Source: Planctomycetota bacterium (GTDB lineage: Bacteria; Planctomycetota; Brocadiia; JAADGH01). From it: 64,000 bases of DNA. Below are positions 28,481-38,277 of the stretch, piece after piece. The notes beneath the pieces are model-generated. The model saw nothing but the letters and a program-made list of their open reading frames with translations. It was not told where the DNA came from and ran no database searches. Numbering within the stretch: position 1 is the stretch's first letter; every line of letters starts with the position of its first letter. The stretch is taken from contig JBFMAD010000018.1 in the NCBI GenBank assembly GCA_040755855.1, positions 17,777-81,776 of the forward strand. The letters are read 5' to 3'. The translations under genes and the position numbers were made by a program.

Positions 28481-29776
28481 ATGGACGCGCTCGAAAAGCG
28501 CCGAAGCATACGCAAGTATAAGCCGAACGTCCCGACCGACGACGAGATTCGCTTGGTGGTCCACGCTGCGACGCTGGCGCCCTCGGCCTGCAACCTACAG
28601 GTGGCTGAGTTCGTTTATGTCAGCGATCCGCAGGTCATGGCTCAGATCGCCAAGGCCGCCACCGGCAAGGTGACCTGGGCGCCGGCCTGCATCGTCGGCA
28701 TCTACGACTCGCGGTTCGTCCGCGAACGATGCGCTCACCTCCAAAGCCTGTCGGCGGCGGTGGAAAACATGCTCCTGAAGGCGACCGAGATGGGCCTGGG
28801 CACGTGCTGGATGGCGGGGTTTACGGGCGACGATAAGATTCGCCGAATCCTTTCCATCCCGCCGCACTTTGAGATCGCGTGCATCGTCCTGATCGGGTAT
28901 CCCGATGAAGATCCGCCCCGGCCGTACAAGTCGCCCGTCGAGCAGATCCTCCACTTTAACAAATACGAAAGACGACGCCCCCACCTGAACCTGAGCATTG
29001 ATCCGCGGCACTGGTCGCCGGAGGAGGTCGCCGAGTATCGCCGCCGGATCTTCTCGGTCTACAACAGGCGCGCCGAGCTGGGGATCCTGAGCGATTCACA
29101 ACTCGACAGGCTGTGGCCGGCGATCGAGACCATCCTGACGCCGGTCATGCCGCGCGATGCCCATGTGTGCGAGGTGCATGCATGGGACCTGCGTCCGGTG
29201 CGGCGCATCGCCCAGACCTGGCCCGCGGGGATCGCGCAGGTTACGGTCGCCGATCCGATCCAGGAGAACCTGCGCATCGCAAAGGAGATGTATCCCGACT
29301 GTGAGACGGTAAGCATCGGTCCCGACTACACATTCGACATCAAGGACGAATCCGTGGACCTGGCCCTGTTGATCAACAGGCTCGAGTTCGACCCGGCGCC
29401 GGCGCTGCTCTTTGATAAACTCGTCCCGAAAATCAAGAAGGGCGGGAAGGTCCTCGTCGCCGCGCTCGGACGGGGATCATCGTTCCACCGTCTGGTTGCC
29501 CTCCGCTTTGCCCTGGTCCGGATTCGCGATGTCTATGAGCGCAGCCCCTTCTACAAGCTCGGCCCCTTCTCCTTTGTCCGCGAGAAGGAAATCACCGATC
29601 TTCTGACCCGTCACGGGTTGCGCCTGCGGGAGGTCCGCTCCTGCGACGTCGGCCTCTGGCAGGGCGAAGTCCAGACCCAGCGGCGCGGCCGTCTCTTCGG
29701 AATCTTGAAATTTCTGGTCGAGCTCGCCCCGGCCAAGAGCAAGGAATGCATTCTGATTCTCGCGGAGAAATCATGA
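28481..29776 (+). CDS. Nitroreductase domain fused to a class I methyltransferase-like domain
   Basis: N-terminal RRSIRKY, APSACNLQ, GLGTCW, IGYP. C-terminal DESVDL..., KKGGKVLV. Confidence 0.8.
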   Translation: MDALEKRRSIRKYKPNVPTDDEIRLVVHAATLAPSACNLQVAEFVYVSDPQVMAQIAKAATGKVTWAPACIVGIYDSRFVRERCAHLQSLSAAVENMLLKATEMGLGTCWMAGFTGDDKIRRILSIPPHFEIACIVLIGYPDEDPPRPYKSPVEQILHFNKYERRRPHLNLSIDPRHWSPEEVAEYRRRIFSVYNRRAELGILSDSQLDRLWPAIETILTPVMPRDAHVCEVHAWDLRPVRRIAQTWPAGIAQVTVADPIQENLRIAKEMYPDCETVSIGPDYTFDIKDESVDLALLINRLEFDPAPALLFDKLVPKIKKGGKVLVAALGRGSSFHRLVALRFALVRIRDVYERSPFYKLGPFSFVREKEITDLLTRHGLRLREVRSCDVGLWQGEVQTQRRGRLFGILKFLVELAPAKSKECILILAEKS

Positions 29777-31299
29777 TAACGCGGGAACAGGTCCAGGGCT
29801 ATGTCGAACGCCTCATCCATCTTGCCACAACGGAATATGTCGGCGCGAACGGCCTTGCCTACAACTCCTTCGACTCCCGCACCGGCAAGAAGGACACCAC
29901 CAGCCTGGTGCGCGACCTGGGCGACTACGCCCAATACGTCGCCTGGGCCGGAAAGCTCCTGAGCCGTCCGGAGTGGATCGCCTGGTCCGTCGGGCAGGTC
30001 GCCCTCGCGCGCAAATTTGGCGCAAACTGGCGCGGCATGATTGACTCCTTCATCAATACGGACCGCGATGCTCCGCGCAAGCTCCGACCCTGGCATCCGA
30101 TCTTCCCCGCCTGGCACGACGATCTGCTCCTCGGCCTGGTTGAGATCTTCCGAATTACGAAAGATGATAGCATCCGCGAAACGATCCTCGCCATGATTGA
30201 CGGGCTGCGGGAGACGGCGCTTCGTCCCGACGGCTGCCTGGTCGCCGCCGTGATACCTTTCGCAAAAATGAAAACTCGCGTGTCCGACCCGCGCTACTGC
30301 GGCCTCATCGCGGAGGAGTTCGTCGGCATCGCCGAGCTCATGGACCGTGACGATCTGCTCGACGACGCCGGACGGATGATTGACTACTGGATCGCTGCTC
30401 CATTCTTCCAGGAGTTCGGTCTAATCCCGGACAATGACCACATCACGCCGACGGGTGTCCGGTATCCGATCGAGGCTCTATGCCTTCTGGAGTCCGCACC
30501 CGGGGCCACTTTGCCGGCGGCCGTGCTCGGCGCCATGCCGCGGCCCTTGCGTTGGCTCGGAAACCATGCCCTTCTTATCCCCCTTAAGTATCTTAAGCGC
30601 GGGCGGTGGAAACGCCTCGTCGCGCCGACATCCACGATCATGAAATCGAACACCCTCTTTATGTTCGGTCTGCTGGAGCTGATGCGGAAGCGCCCCTCGG
30701 ACTCGCTGCGCGAGGCGTTCCTCAAATGGTTCAACAACGTCCAAGAGAGGCTGACCTGTCCCGACGGCGGCTACTACAGCCGATTCAACGCCTTCACCGG
30801 CACGGAGGGCGAGACGGTCTGTCTGGGGCAGAATTTCGCAATCACGGAAGTTTTCATTGATGGCCATGTAGTCCTAAAGGAACCACGCCTCCTTGACGCA
30901 GCTGTGAGGTCCGCCGACTTCTGGCTTACGCAGCAATTCCCAGAGACGGGCCTACTCCGCGAACTCCCCCTCACCGGCTGGAACGGCGCGGTGCTCGACT
31001 CGAATACCGACATGGCCGTGAATTATCTCAAACTTGCCGAAATCACCGGGGAGGAAAAGTACCGCAACGCCGCATTCGCTATTGCAAACGGCATCAATAC
31101 CCATCTCTGGACCGACAAGGGCCTCTACACCCAATGCGACGGCGCGACCGGCGGCCGGACGCAATCCGAGACCGACTACACCATCAAAATCAAGTGGAAC
31201 CTCCTCCACCTGAAGCTCCTGCTCCTGATCTGCGAAACCATGGCTGGCCATAAGATATTGGGGGATAATGCATTATGGAAGCTCGCACGGGACCGGTAA
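29773..31299 (+). CDS. Hypothetical (alpha/alpha)6-toroid protein (AGE / six-hairpin glycosidase-like)
   Basis: Helical repeats, DGGYY, LAEITGEEKYRNAA. ATGA overlap with the upstream gene. Confidence 0.65.
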   Translation: MITREQVQGYVERLIHLATTEYVGANGLAYNSFDSRTGKKDTTSLVRDLGDYAQYVAWAGKLLSRPEWIAWSVGQVALARKFGANWRGMIDSFINTDRDAPRKLRPWHPIFPAWHDDLLLGLVEIFRITKDDSIRETILAMIDGLRETALRPDGCLVAAVIPFAKMKTRVSDPRYCGLIAEEFVGIAELMDRDDLLDDAGRMIDYWIAAPFFQEFGLIPDNDHITPTGVRYPIEALCLLESAPGATLPAAVLGAMPRPLRWLGNHALLIPLKYLKRGRWKRLVAPTSTIMKSNTLFMFGLLELMRKRPSDSLREAFLKWFNNVQERLTCPDGGYYSRFNAFTGTEGETVCLGQNFAITEVFIDGHVVLKEPRLLDAAVRSADFWLTQQFPETGLLRELPLTGWNGAVLDSNTDMAVNYLKLAEITGEEKYRNAAFAIANGINTHLWTDKGLYTQCDGATGGRTQSETDYTIKIKWNLLHLKLLLLICETMAGHKILGDNALWKLARDR

Positions 31300-31346
31300 G
31301 TCTTCAAACCGCCTTCTCTCCTCCAGTGGCTGTGCATAAAAAACAC

Positions 31347-31406
31347 TTGACATATCTGATTTAAATGGCATAATATATATGCATAAAAATAAGATAATAT
31401 GCATAT
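31347..31406 (+). promoter_or_regulatory. Promoter and operator of vapBC
   Basis: TTGACA-N16-CATAAT followed by two ATATGCATA palindromes in an AT-rich patch. Confidence 0.6.
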
Positions 31407-31416
31407 GGATGTTTCT

Positions 31417-31611
31417 GTGAGGACCACATTGGATATCCCGGAAGCACTTGTGGACGAGGCCATGAAGCTCTCGCACCAGAGGACGAAGACCGCCGTCATC
31501 ATCACGGCCTTAGAGGAATTCGTGCGCAGAAGCAAGATTCGTGGATTGAAGAAGTTCAGAGGCCGGCTCAATCTGGATATTGACCTGTCTGCGCTCCGGA
31601 ACCGTAAATGA
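31417..31611 (+). CDS. vapB: VapB-type antitoxin (DUF2191-like)
   Basis: MRTTLDIPEALVDEAM...TKTAVIITALEEFVR. Confidence 0.88.
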   Translation: MRTTLDIPEALVDEAMKLSHQRTKTAVIITALEEFVRRSKIRGLKKFRGRLNLDIDLSALRNRK

Positions 31612-31985
31612 GCGTTCTTGTTGACACTTCAGTCTGGGTTGAGTACTTCCGCGGCGACAAGGGTGAAGACGACGTTGATTTTTTGATTGACGAGAACCTC
31701 GTCGTGATCAACGATTTGATTCTGACCGAACTTATTCCTCCTCTTCACCTGCGTAATCAGAAACACCTCATGGGCCTGCTGAAGGAGATCAAGAGGTATC
31801 CTGTTGCCCCGGACTGGGACGGCATTGTTCAAATGCAGATCACGTGCCTGCGGAAAGGCATCAACAAGGTAGGCATTCCAGATCTCCTCGTCGCTCAGAA
31901 CGCCATCCAGAATCAGCTGCACCTCTTCACCTACAACAAACACTTCGCCCTGATGAGCAAATGCATGCCGCTGTCTTTGTACTGA
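31608..31985 (+). CDS. vapC: VapC PIN-domain toxin
   Basis: VLVDTSVW, TEL, IPDLLVAQ, TYNKHF. ATGA overlap with the antitoxin. Confidence 0.9.
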   Translation: MSVLVDTSVWVEYFRGDKGEDDVDFLIDENLVVINDLILTELIPPLHLRNQKHLMGLLKEIKRYPVAPDWDGIVQMQITCLRKGINKVGIPDLLVAQNAIQNQLHLFTYNKHFALMSKCMPLSLY

Positions 31986-32063
31986 CTTCCCGTGATTTCT
32001 GACGTCGCCTGTCTCTCTTGTGCCCATCGCGAGCGACAGACGCGCCTCCACCGCTACATCGTC

Positions 32064-33113
32064 TCAGCCGTCCACCGTCACGCCTACCGACTCAGCGGCC
32101 TCTTTGATCTGTCGCCACGTCTCGTCGTCAATCTCGGTGCCGCGGGCGCGGCGCTTGTCGAGTTCGCGGAACTCCGGCTCGCCGGGGAGGAGAACCTCGG
32201 TAAAGCCGGGAATGAGCGGAGATGCCTTGACGTAGGCCACAAGGTCCGCGATTTCCTTGTCGAACTCATCGGGCGTGGTGAAGTTCTCGATCTTGATGGC
32301 GATGGCGACCATCGCGTTGCCGATGGGCTGGTTGCCCTCGCGGCTGCACCCCGCCCCGCTGAGCGCGCCGCAGAGGATGTCTATGACGAGGCTGAGGCCG
32401 TAGCCCTTGTGCGCGACGATGCCCCCCATGGGCAGGATCGCGCCGGGCGGGTTCGCATAGAAATCGTTGGGATCGGTGCTGGGGCGTCCCGCGTGATCCA
32501 CGATCCACCCCTCCGGGATGCGCAGCCCCTTGTTGCGCATGACGCGCAGCTTCCCCTCGGCCACGACGCTCGACGTGATATCGAGCAGGATGGGGTGCGC
32601 AGCCCGACGCGGGATCGCTACGGAGATAGGGTTCGGCGACAGGCGCTTCGCCCGGCCGCCGTACACGGCCATGACCTGCCCGCCGCCGTGGTTGTTCACC
32701 ATAGCAATACCGATCATGCCGGCGTCGGAGGCGATGACGGGATACTCGCCGAGCCGACCGACGTGGTTGCAGTTGCGCGTGGTCACGCAACTGATGCTCG
32801 TCGCCTCGGCCTTCTCCACGGCCAGCATCATCGCCCGCTTGGCGGCGACGGGACCGAACCCCCAGCCGCAGTCCAGGACCGCCGTCGCGGGGGTCTCGCG
32901 GGCAATGCGAATCTCCGCACCGGGCTTGATCTTCCCCGCGCGCAACTCCTTCACGTACTGGGAGATGCGGATGACGCCGTGCGAGTCGTGGCCGACAAGA
33001 TTGGAGTTTACCAGGACATCGGCCACGGTATCGGCCTCGTCCTTCGGGCAACTCGCGGCCTGGAAAATGCACGAGGCGATTCCCCTCAGTTTCTGTTCCG
33101 GGAATATGGGCAT
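32064..33113 (-). CDS. Ldh_2 family (malate/L-lactate/hydroxycarboxylate) dehydrogenase
   Basis: GHDSHG, NHVGRLG, NPI, HKGYGL, LPGEPE. Confidence 0.92.
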   Translation of the reverse strand: MPIFPEQKLRGIASCIFQAASCPKDEADTVADVLVNSNLVGHDSHGVIRISQYVKELRAGKIKPGAEIRIARETPATAVLDCGWGFGPVAAKRAMMLAVEKAEATSISCVTTRNCNHVGRLGEYPVIASDAGMIGIAMVNNHGGGQVMAVYGGRAKRLSPNPISVAIPRRAAHPILLDITSSVVAEGKLRVMRNKGLRIPEGWIVDHAGRPSTDPNDFYANPPGAILPMGGIVAHKGYGLSLVIDILCGALSGAGCSREGNQPIGNAMVAIAIKIENFTTPDEFDKEIADLVAYVKASPLIPGFTEVLLPGEPEFRELDKRRARGTEIDDETWRQIKEAAESVGVTVDG

Positions 33114-33128
33114 GATGGACCCCTGGGA

Positions 33129-34664
33129 CTATTTCAACTTCTGCTTCAACACCTTGCCGGTTGGATTGCGCGGGAGTTCGTCCATGAACTGGATGATCTG
33201 GGGCATCTCGTAGCTGGCCAGCTTCGCGCTGCAGTGGCGCTTGATGTCCAGCTCCGTCGCCTTCGAGCCGGGCTTGAGGACGACAGCGGCCTTGACCACC
33301 TCGCCCAGGTAGGCGCGGACGCCCGTCGCCGGGACGCCGACCACGGCCACCTCGAGGACGTCTGGATGGGAGAGGACGACGTTCTCGACCTCGTTCACAT
33401 ACACGTTCTCGCCGCCGACGATGATCATCTCCTTTTTCCGGCCCTTCAGATAGACGTAGCCCTGTCCGTCCACCAGCGCGTAATCGCCGGTGCGGAACCA
33501 TTTGCCGTCAATCATCGCCTCGCCGAGGAGGCCGGGCCGCTTCCAGTAGTCGTCAATGACATTCTCTTTTGCGAAGCAGAGCTCCCCGATCGTCCCCGGC
33601 GGGACGGGCCTGCCGTCGTCGTCCACGATGAGTTGTCGCACCTGAGGGAGGACCTTGCCGATGGAGTCGGCCCGCTCCAGCGCATCCTGGCTCGGCAGGA
33701 CGTGCGTCATGGAGATCGTCTCCGTCAGGCCGAAAAAATTGTGGAGAGCGATCTTAGGAAATTTTTCGCGAAGGCGGACAATCGTCTGCGGCGGCATGGG
33801 CGACCCGGCGTAGGCAATCAGCCGCAGGCTGCTCAGGTCGTGCTTCTCCAGCTTCTTCATGGTGGTGAGGAAGTAGAACAGCGTCGGGACACCGATGAAC
33901 GTGGTGATGCGATGCTTTTCAATCAGGCCCACAAGCTCTTTGATGTCCGGCTTCGGGGCGATGACGACGGTGCTGCCCTGGTAGGCGTTGCTCGGCAACA
34001 TGCTGTAGAGGGCGGTGGCGTGGAACATGGGGACCACGAGCATGTGGACGTCCTCGTGGCGGAAGCTGTGCGTCATGATGGCGTTCTTGAGGTTGAAGAG
34101 CACGTTGCCGTGCTTCATGATTGCGCCCTTGGGTCGGCCCGTTGTGCCGGAGGTGTGCATGATGATGGCCATGTCGCCCTCGGCAATGGGCGGCGTGTCG
34201 CCAGGCCTGCCCTCGGCGATGAGGTCGTCGAAGGGCACAGTTTCCTCCGCGGAGGATTCGACGGCGATCACCGTCTTTATGTTGGGCGCCTGGCCCAGGG
34301 CCTCCTCCACCGGCTCCCAGACGTCGCCGTGTGCGAAGAGGACCTCCCCTTTGGTGGTTGTCAGGACATAGGCGATGTCGTCGGGGCTGAGGCGGGTGTT
34401 GACGGGGACGATCACCGCGCCGAGCTTCATAATCGCCCAGTAGGCGATGACGTATTCGATGCAGTTCGGCAGCGCCGTGCAGACGCGGTCGCCTTTCTTC
34501 ACCCCGAAGCGGCGCTGCAGATGGCCGCTGAGAGCGGAGGCCATGCGGTCAATTTCCGCGAAGGTGTATGTCTCATCCTGGTAGATGAAGGCCGTCTTGT
34601 TCGGGAACTTCTCCAGATTTTCGTTCCACACGTCAATGAGACTATGCTGCGGGGTCCCGCTCAT
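33129..34664 (-). CDS. Long-chain acyl-CoA synthetase (class I adenylate-forming enzyme)
   Basis: HTSGTTGRPKG, FGLTE, RTGD, GRKKEMIIVGGENVY, PRNPTGKV. Confidence 0.92.
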   Translation of the reverse strand: MSGTPQHSLIDVWNENLEKFPNKTAFIYQDETYTFAEIDRMASALSGHLQRRFGVKKGDRVCTALPNCIEYVIAYWAIMKLGAVIVPVNTRLSPDDIAYVLTTTKGEVLFAHGDVWEPVEEALGQAPNIKTVIAVESSAEETVPFDDLIAEGRPGDTPPIAEGDMAIIMHTSGTTGRPKGAIMKHGNVLFNLKNAIMTHSFRHEDVHMLVVPMFHATALYSMLPSNAYQGSTVVIAPKPDIKELVGLIEKHRITTFIGVPTLFYFLTTMKKLEKHDLSSLRLIAYAGSPMPPQTIVRLREKFPKIALHNFFGLTETISMTHVLPSQDALERADSIGKVLPQVRQLIVDDDGRPVPPGTIGELCFAKENVIDDYWKRPGLLGEAMIDGKWFRTGDYALVDGQGYVYLKGRKKEMIIVGGENVYVNEVENVVLSHPDVLEVAVVGVPATGVRAYLGEVVKAAVVLKPGSKATELDIKRHCSAKLASYEMPQIIQFMDELPRNPTGKVLKQKLK

Positions 34665-34745
34665 GGTCGTCTCCTCTGCAAACATGCCAACGGCATTCTA
34701 TCCAGAGATAGGACGATGTCAAGAGTAAACACAGTTCGACATTTC

Positions 34746-37700
34746 CTACGGCACAGAGACAAACCGGATGTCCGAGATGGTGTAAACGATCCGTTCCCCC
34801 GTCCGACCGTGATACCCGCCCCAGCCGATGGAGATGGACTGAATCTTGTCAAGATCAAGGCGGCCGTTCGGATCGGGCGCGCGCCCCAGGGGGTGGAAGG
34901 CGTCAAACCAAACCGTTGACGTCTGCCAGCCCGACGCGCTTAGGCCCCGGCCGGTGCGCGCGAGGTAGTTCGCGCCGTCGGCGTCAACCATCGAGACGAG
35001 CAACTCCGCGCCGCAGTCCTGCTGGCCCTCCGGCGCGAACGATCGGAAGGACAGCCCGGCGAATCGGGACAGATCAATGGGCAGATCGAACGCCGCCCGC
35101 GGGAAGGACCAGCAGTCCCTCTCGCCTTCCTTGATCGTGGATTCGGCGCGTAAGCCTGCGGGCGGCTCGTTGACCACCGAGGCCGCGACATGCGCCGGGA
35201 CGCCGGGCGCAAAGGCGGGCAACGGTTGGATCACGTCGCCAAGCGGCGTTTCCTGGATCGTGAGCGCCGTCTCAATGTCCACCGCTGCACGTCGCTTGGG
35301 TTGTCGGCAGTCGGCGTAGCACAGGAAGACGCCGCGATAGGGGCCGAGGGTCTGTGAATTCCCCGTCCATGGTGCGAGTTGGCCCGTCGAGGGGTCCCAA
35401 ACCTCTGCCGGTCCTTCGCCGCAGGTCGAGACGGCCTCTGTGATCTGGTTTGGCGAGTCGTTGATGACGAAGTAGAGGTCCTTGCCCTCCAGCCGCCGAT
35501 GGGTGTATCGGAGAGGGGACGCGGCGTCGTTCGTCGAGAAGTCCGGATCAATGATGCGATCCAGCAGCCTCGGAATCCACCGTGCATAGTCCATAGAGAC
35601 AAAGACGCCAAGACCGCCGCTTGGGTGCGGGCAGCTCTTGATGGTCGCATCGGCGACTTCCCCGAAGATTTGCCTGGAGAGTCGGCTTGTCTCCTCACAA
35701 GGGAAAGCGCCGGTGGAATTCGTTGGAATCGCCCCGGCAGCGATCACCACGCCACCTGCGGCGTGGAACTCGGCGACCTTCCGCCAGACATCGAGCGGGA
35801 CGACGTCCACGTGCGGCAGGACGAGGACGCGGAAGTTGAGCGCCCCCATGCGGAGGCGTCCGTCGGATACGGCGGCCTGCCGGAACGCCTCGTCGTCCAC
35901 ATAGGCGAAATCGCGCCGGGACTGGAAGAGGGTGTAGCTCAGGTCGCGGAACGTCTTGGCGATCTTTCGAGCGGTTGCGTCCTGCGTGACGCCGTGGCGG
36001 CTGGGGATGTAGTGCGCCCACACGCTCTCCATCGGGTAGTAGAGGGCGATGTCGCAGATTGTCTCCCCGCCGGTCAGCATTACGCCGCATCGCCCGACGT
36101 ATTCATTGATCGCCCGCAGTTCCGAGACGGAGATATTTTGCCATCGGTAGTAGGACGTGATCGTGTTGATGCCCCCCACGTAGAGCCGGTTGCACGTCCC
36201 TCGAATCTCGTCGGGGCTAACGATGTATCGTTCCCGTTTGTCCTCCGGGCGGCGGTACTGCTGGGCGTGGTCCGAAGTCTCGCTCATGGTGATGGGGCGA
36301 TTTTCCAATGCCGCAATGGATGCGATCATCTTGGCAATATGCCACTGCACCGAGGATGGGATCGAGGTAAGGCAGTCAATGGAAGGGGCGTCGAGCTTGC
36401 GCACGCAGGCAAAGAAATCGCCATAGTAGGCGCAATGATTCAGGACGTCCTCCTCCGCCAACAAGTGTCCGCCCGACGGCACGCCGTGCTGGCGGCACCA
36501 GTCCCGAATCGGTAGGAAGAAGTTTTCTGTTGTCAACTGGCCGACCGTGTCCCAGAAGTCGCAGCGAACCTTGCCCGTCTCCGGGCCGACGTCGGCTGCC
36601 AGCGCGGGCAGAAGCGGGATCAGGTCGTAGCCTTTGCGTCTCTGAAACTCCGCCGCAAACGTCGGCGACCAGGGGAGAGGCGCATACTCGCTTCCCGGTG
36701 GTAGAAACACGGACATGAGCGACGGTTCGTCGGTGAACGTCGCCTCGAACAGGTCGCGCAGTTCCGGCAGCCGCTTGGCATACTCCTGGTGCGTCAGTTC
36801 GATGAAGCGCAGCGTCGGCTCGCGCATTAGGAGGTTAATGTAGGGACGATTTGCATACAGATTGAGCGCCGCATGGGTTCGCTCGAGCATCGGCTGCCGG
36901 ACGAAGGCGATGAGCCGCCACTGATCGTCCGGCGCTTCCCATTGAAGCGTGCGGTTGGCGACGCGGCCGGCGAGGTCAACGGCGGCCTTCAGGTCCAACG
37001 CCTTGTCGCGAACAGGGCACGCCTTTGCAAACACCACGGGGCCTTCAGGGAGCGTAACGTTCACCGGCCCCTTCTTGAGAGGAACATCCACCGCCAGCAG
37101 TCCTATCGCCTCCCACTCCGGGTGGCCTTCGAGGGTGATCCCGCCCGCCGCGCCGCTGGGGTAGCCCTGCTCGTCGTAGAGCCAGAGGGCCATGCCGAGG
37201 CCTTTCGCCATGCGAACGCCGTGGACGAACGACTGCCAGTTTTCCTCGCTGCGCAGGTAGTCCTTGAAATGGACATTGCACACGATCCCGCCGAAGCCCT
37301 GGCAGAGCAGGTTCACAAGGAGCGCTTCGTGCGAATCCTTTTTCGCGGGAAAGTTGTGGATGATCTTGAGGATGCGGCGGTCGTTGGGTGGGGATTCAAA
37401 TCTCTCGCGAAGGTCCTTCGGTTTCATAGTTCGATTCTCCGCAACATGGTCAAGCGCGTCCTTGGGCAGCAGAACGACCGGTCCCCCGTGAATGCCGCCG
37501 GGGCCGCCGCCGTCGTAAACGCGCACGGCAAGCAGGTTCCTTCCTTCTCGCACAGACTGCGCAGGGATGGTGTACCGTCTCGGCAGCGTAGAGGGGTGGG
37601 GGGCGCCTTCGCCGGTCCGCCCGATCTCCTGGCCGTTGAGATACGTCTGGTCGCGATCGTCAACGCCGCCCATGAGCAGGACCAGGTCTTTCCCCTGCCA

Positions 37701-38075
37701 GTCCTTTGGGACCTCGATCCATCGTCTGTACCAGGCCACGCCGTTGTAGGCGTTGGGAACGCCTTTTTGCCTTAAGTCCTCGGAGATCTGCGGGCAGGGC
37801 ATTCCAGGATAGCTCTGCGTAACACCCTGCGATTCCCACGTGGCGGGCACGTTGAGCTGCTGCCATGCGCGGTCGTCGAGTTCGGGGGTCGCCCAGCCCT
37901 CCTTTTCACCCACGGCCTGGGGGTCGGTCCTGAAGGCCCACGGGCCGGAGAGATCAACAAGCGAAAGCGATTGCGCCCCTGCGGTCCTCGCCATCAGCAT
38001 ACACCCAAGGATCGCACAGACTGCGATGAGCCGGGGTCGAATGTTAAGCAACTTCACATCTCCTTTTCCGAGCAT
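34746..38075 (-). CDS. Secreted multidomain glycoside hydrolase (GH2-type sugar-binding domain, GH106-like catalytic region, C-terminal CBM/CIA30-like domain)
   Basis: Signal peptide, LSGPWAF, GVAWYRR, WLYDEQGYPSG, FTDEP. Confidence 0.75.
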   Translation of the reverse strand: MLGKGDVKLLNIRPRLIAVCAILGCMLMARTAGAQSLSLVDLSGPWAFRTDPQAVGEKEGWATPELDDRAWQQLNVPATWESQGVTQSYPGMPCPQISEDLRQKGVPNAYNGVAWYRRWIEVPKDWQGKDLVLLMGGVDDRDQTYLNGQEIGRTGEGAPHPSTLPRRYTIPAQSVREGRNLLAVRVYDGGGPGGIHGGPVVLLPKDALDHVAENRTMKPKDLRERFESPPNDRRILKIIHNFPAKKDSHEALLVNLLCQGFGGIVCNVHFKDYLRSEENWQSFVHGVRMAKGLGMALWLYDEQGYPSGAAGGITLEGHPEWEAIGLLAVDVPLKKGPVNVTLPEGPVVFAKACPVRDKALDLKAAVDLAGRVANRTLQWEAPDDQWRLIAFVRQPMLERTHAALNLYANRPYINLLMREPTLRFIELTHQEYAKRLPELRDLFEATFTDEPSLMSVFLPPGSEYAPLPWSPTFAAEFQRRKGYDLIPLLPALAADVGPETGKVRCDFWDTVGQLTTENFFLPIRDWCRQHGVPSGGHLLAEEDVLNHCAYYGDFFACVRKLDAPSIDCLTSIPSSVQWHIAKMIASIAALENRPITMSETSDHAQQYRRPEDKRERYIVSPDEIRGTCNRLYVGGINTITSYYRWQNISVSELRAINEYVGRCGVMLTGGETICDIALYYPMESVWAHYIPSRHGVTQDATARKIAKTFRDLSYTLFQSRRDFAYVDDEAFRQAAVSDGRLRMGALNFRVLVLPHVDVVPLDVWRKVAEFHAAGGVVIAAGAIPTNSTGAFPCEETSRLSRQIFGEVADATIKSCPHPSGGLGVFVSMDYARWIPRLLDRIIDPDFSTNDAASPLRYTHRRLEGKDLYFVINDSPNQITEAVSTCGEGPAEVWDPSTGQLAPWTGNSQTLGPYRGVFLCYADCRQPKRRAAVDIETALTIQETPLGDVIQPLPAFAPGVPAHVAASVVNEPPAGLRAESTIKEGERDCWSFPRAAFDLPIDLSRFAGLSFRSFAPEGQQDCGAELLVSMVDADGANYLARTGRGLSASGWQTSTVWFDAFHPLGRAPDPNGRLDLDKIQSISIGWGGYHGRTGERIVYTISDIRFVSVP

Positions 38076-38193
38076 CTATCGGACAACCATTGAGGGAGTG
38101 CACTATATCAAATGCACTGGCAAAAGACCACCCCCTACGCCAAAATAACCTAATCCTCTGAACTGCGGAACCGCCGGCTTCGCCTCGCGCTCC

Positions 38194-38222
38194 TTGACAA
38201 TGCGCACGGCCTGTGTTATATT
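38194..38222 (+). promoter_or_regulatory. Sigma70-type promoter of dnaK
   Basis: TTGACA-N17-TATATT. Confidence 0.7.
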
Positions 38223-38277
38223 GTGTGATTCAATTCGTTTTCGCAGAGTCCGTACAAATTATGGAGTTTGTGCAGGC

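Noticed and set aside
31992-34919. 975-aa plus-strand ORF
   Set aside because: Antisense shadow of the Ldh_2 and acyl-CoA synthetase genes, caused by codon bias.
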